This document shows positions 5,121-5,497 of a DNA stretch of 5,497 bases, piece by piece. Below the pieces are notes generated by a model. It searched no databases and was not told where the DNA came from. It saw only the letters and a program-made list of their open reading frames with translations. The translations under genes and the position numbers were made by a program. Origin of the DNA: a virus; the IMG/VR virus record IMGVR_UViG_3300045988_072726, positions 1 through 5,497 of that record; one strand, written 5' to 3'. Every line of letters starts with the position of its first letter. Position 1 is the stretch's first letter.

Positions 5121-5497
5121 ATGGCAGGAAGTAGGGGCCGAAACCTATTCGGACGAGACAAAAACCTCTATCAAGCCGGACAAAAAGCAGTAAATGCAGC
5201 AATAACCGGATTAGGGCTAGCACTCAACCCAATAGGAAACACCACAGCAACAGCCGAAGCAGCATTCAACAAAAGCCAAATGAGCGCAAAACAAGCAATG
5301 GCATTCGAAGCCAGCCAAGCAGCGCAACAAATGGCATTCCAGCGGGAAATGCTACAAAACCAAATGCGTTTCAACAGCGCAGAAGCTGAAACCAACAGAG
5401 CATGGCAAAGACAAATGAGACAAACAGCATACCAAGACACAGTCAAAGACATGATAAAAGCCGGAATAAATCCAATACTAGCAGCACAGTTAGGTGC
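5121..5497 (+). CDS. VP2: VP2 minor capsid / DNA pilot protein, N-terminal part. The ORF runs off the window end and continues at 1..290 through the circular junction.
   Basis: ATG 5121 is preceded by AAAGGAGGGG (5106-5115). No stop occurs before the window end. The translation MAGSRGRNLFGRDKNLYQAGQKAVNAAITGLGLALNPIGN...QMAFQREMLQNQMRFNSAEAETNRAWQRQMRQTAYQDTVKDMIKAGINPILAAQ carries the conserved gokushovirus VP2 motif (QxxFNxxEA...WQ..M..TAYQ....D...AG.NP.L). Confidence 0.85.
   Translation, partial: MAGSRGRNLFGRDKNLYQAGQKAVNAAITGLGLALNPIGNTTATAEAAFNKSQMSAKQAMAFEASQAAQQMAFQREMLQNQMRFNSAEAETNRAWQRQMRQTAYQDTVKDMIKAGINPILAAQLG

Noticed and set aside
880-5452. All minus-strand ORFs in the track (880..1062, 1099..1353, 1220..1603, 1767..1949, 2018..2254, 2915..3304, 4066..4455, 4380..4691, 4456..4914, 4769..4993, 5171..5452).
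   Set aside because: Microviridae genes are encoded on the packaged + strand only. These ORFs lie antisense to well-supported genes, lack SD motifs, and translate to low-complexity F/L/C/S-rich strings expected from the T-rich complement of an A-rich strand.
5443-5497. A 55-nt direct repeat flanking the window as a possible mobile-element or prophage boundary (att-like).
   Set aside because: The repeat is exactly the sequence expected from linearising a circular genome with overlap. VP2 reads through it in frame, and nothing (integrase, host flanks) suggests integration.
1-5497. tRNA, rRNA and CRISPR arrays.
   Set aside because: No cloverleaf-like GC-balanced 70-90 nt segments, no spaced direct repeats, and the window is almost fully occupied by co-oriented phage CDSs.

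Overview
This window is a complete circular ssDNA phage genome of the family Microviridae, subfamily Gokushovirinae. The first 55 nt (1-55) are identical to the last 55 nt (5443-5497), so the unit length is 5442 nt; this is an assembly overlap across the circular junction, not a biological repeat. All credible genes are on the + strand and most are preceded by strong AAGGAG-type Shine-Dalgarno (SD) sequences. Gene order around the circle is: VP2 (DNA pilot protein; starts at 5121, crosses the junction, ends at 290), VP4 (rolling-circle replication initiator, 381..1412), an orphan 62-aa ORF, a 37-aa highly basic peptide missing from the ORF track (resembles the ORF8/J-like DNA-binding protein), an 85-aa ORF (possible VP5), then an unexpected two-gene lysis cassette, followed by VP3 (internal scaffold, 2954..3451) and VP1 (major capsid protein, 3448..5106). 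The lysis cassette is a 57-aa single-transmembrane BhlA/UviB-like holin candidate (2175..2348) followed by a T7-lysozyme/PGRP-type N-acetylmuramoyl-L-alanine amidase (Amidase_2, 2349..2957). A canonical holin plus endolysin pair inside a gokushovirus late-gene block is the most unusual feature here; it accounts for most of the extra ~0.6-0.9 kb relative to typical gokushoviruses and, together with the strong SD motifs, suggests a Gram-positive host. The two largest intergenic regions each carry a pair of GC-rich perfect hairpins (297-360 and 1419-1458). These are candidate terminators or complementary-strand origin structures, and the first one holds an SD sequence in its loop. The many alternate-frame and minus-strand ORFs are judged spurious consequences of the strongly A-rich + strand.
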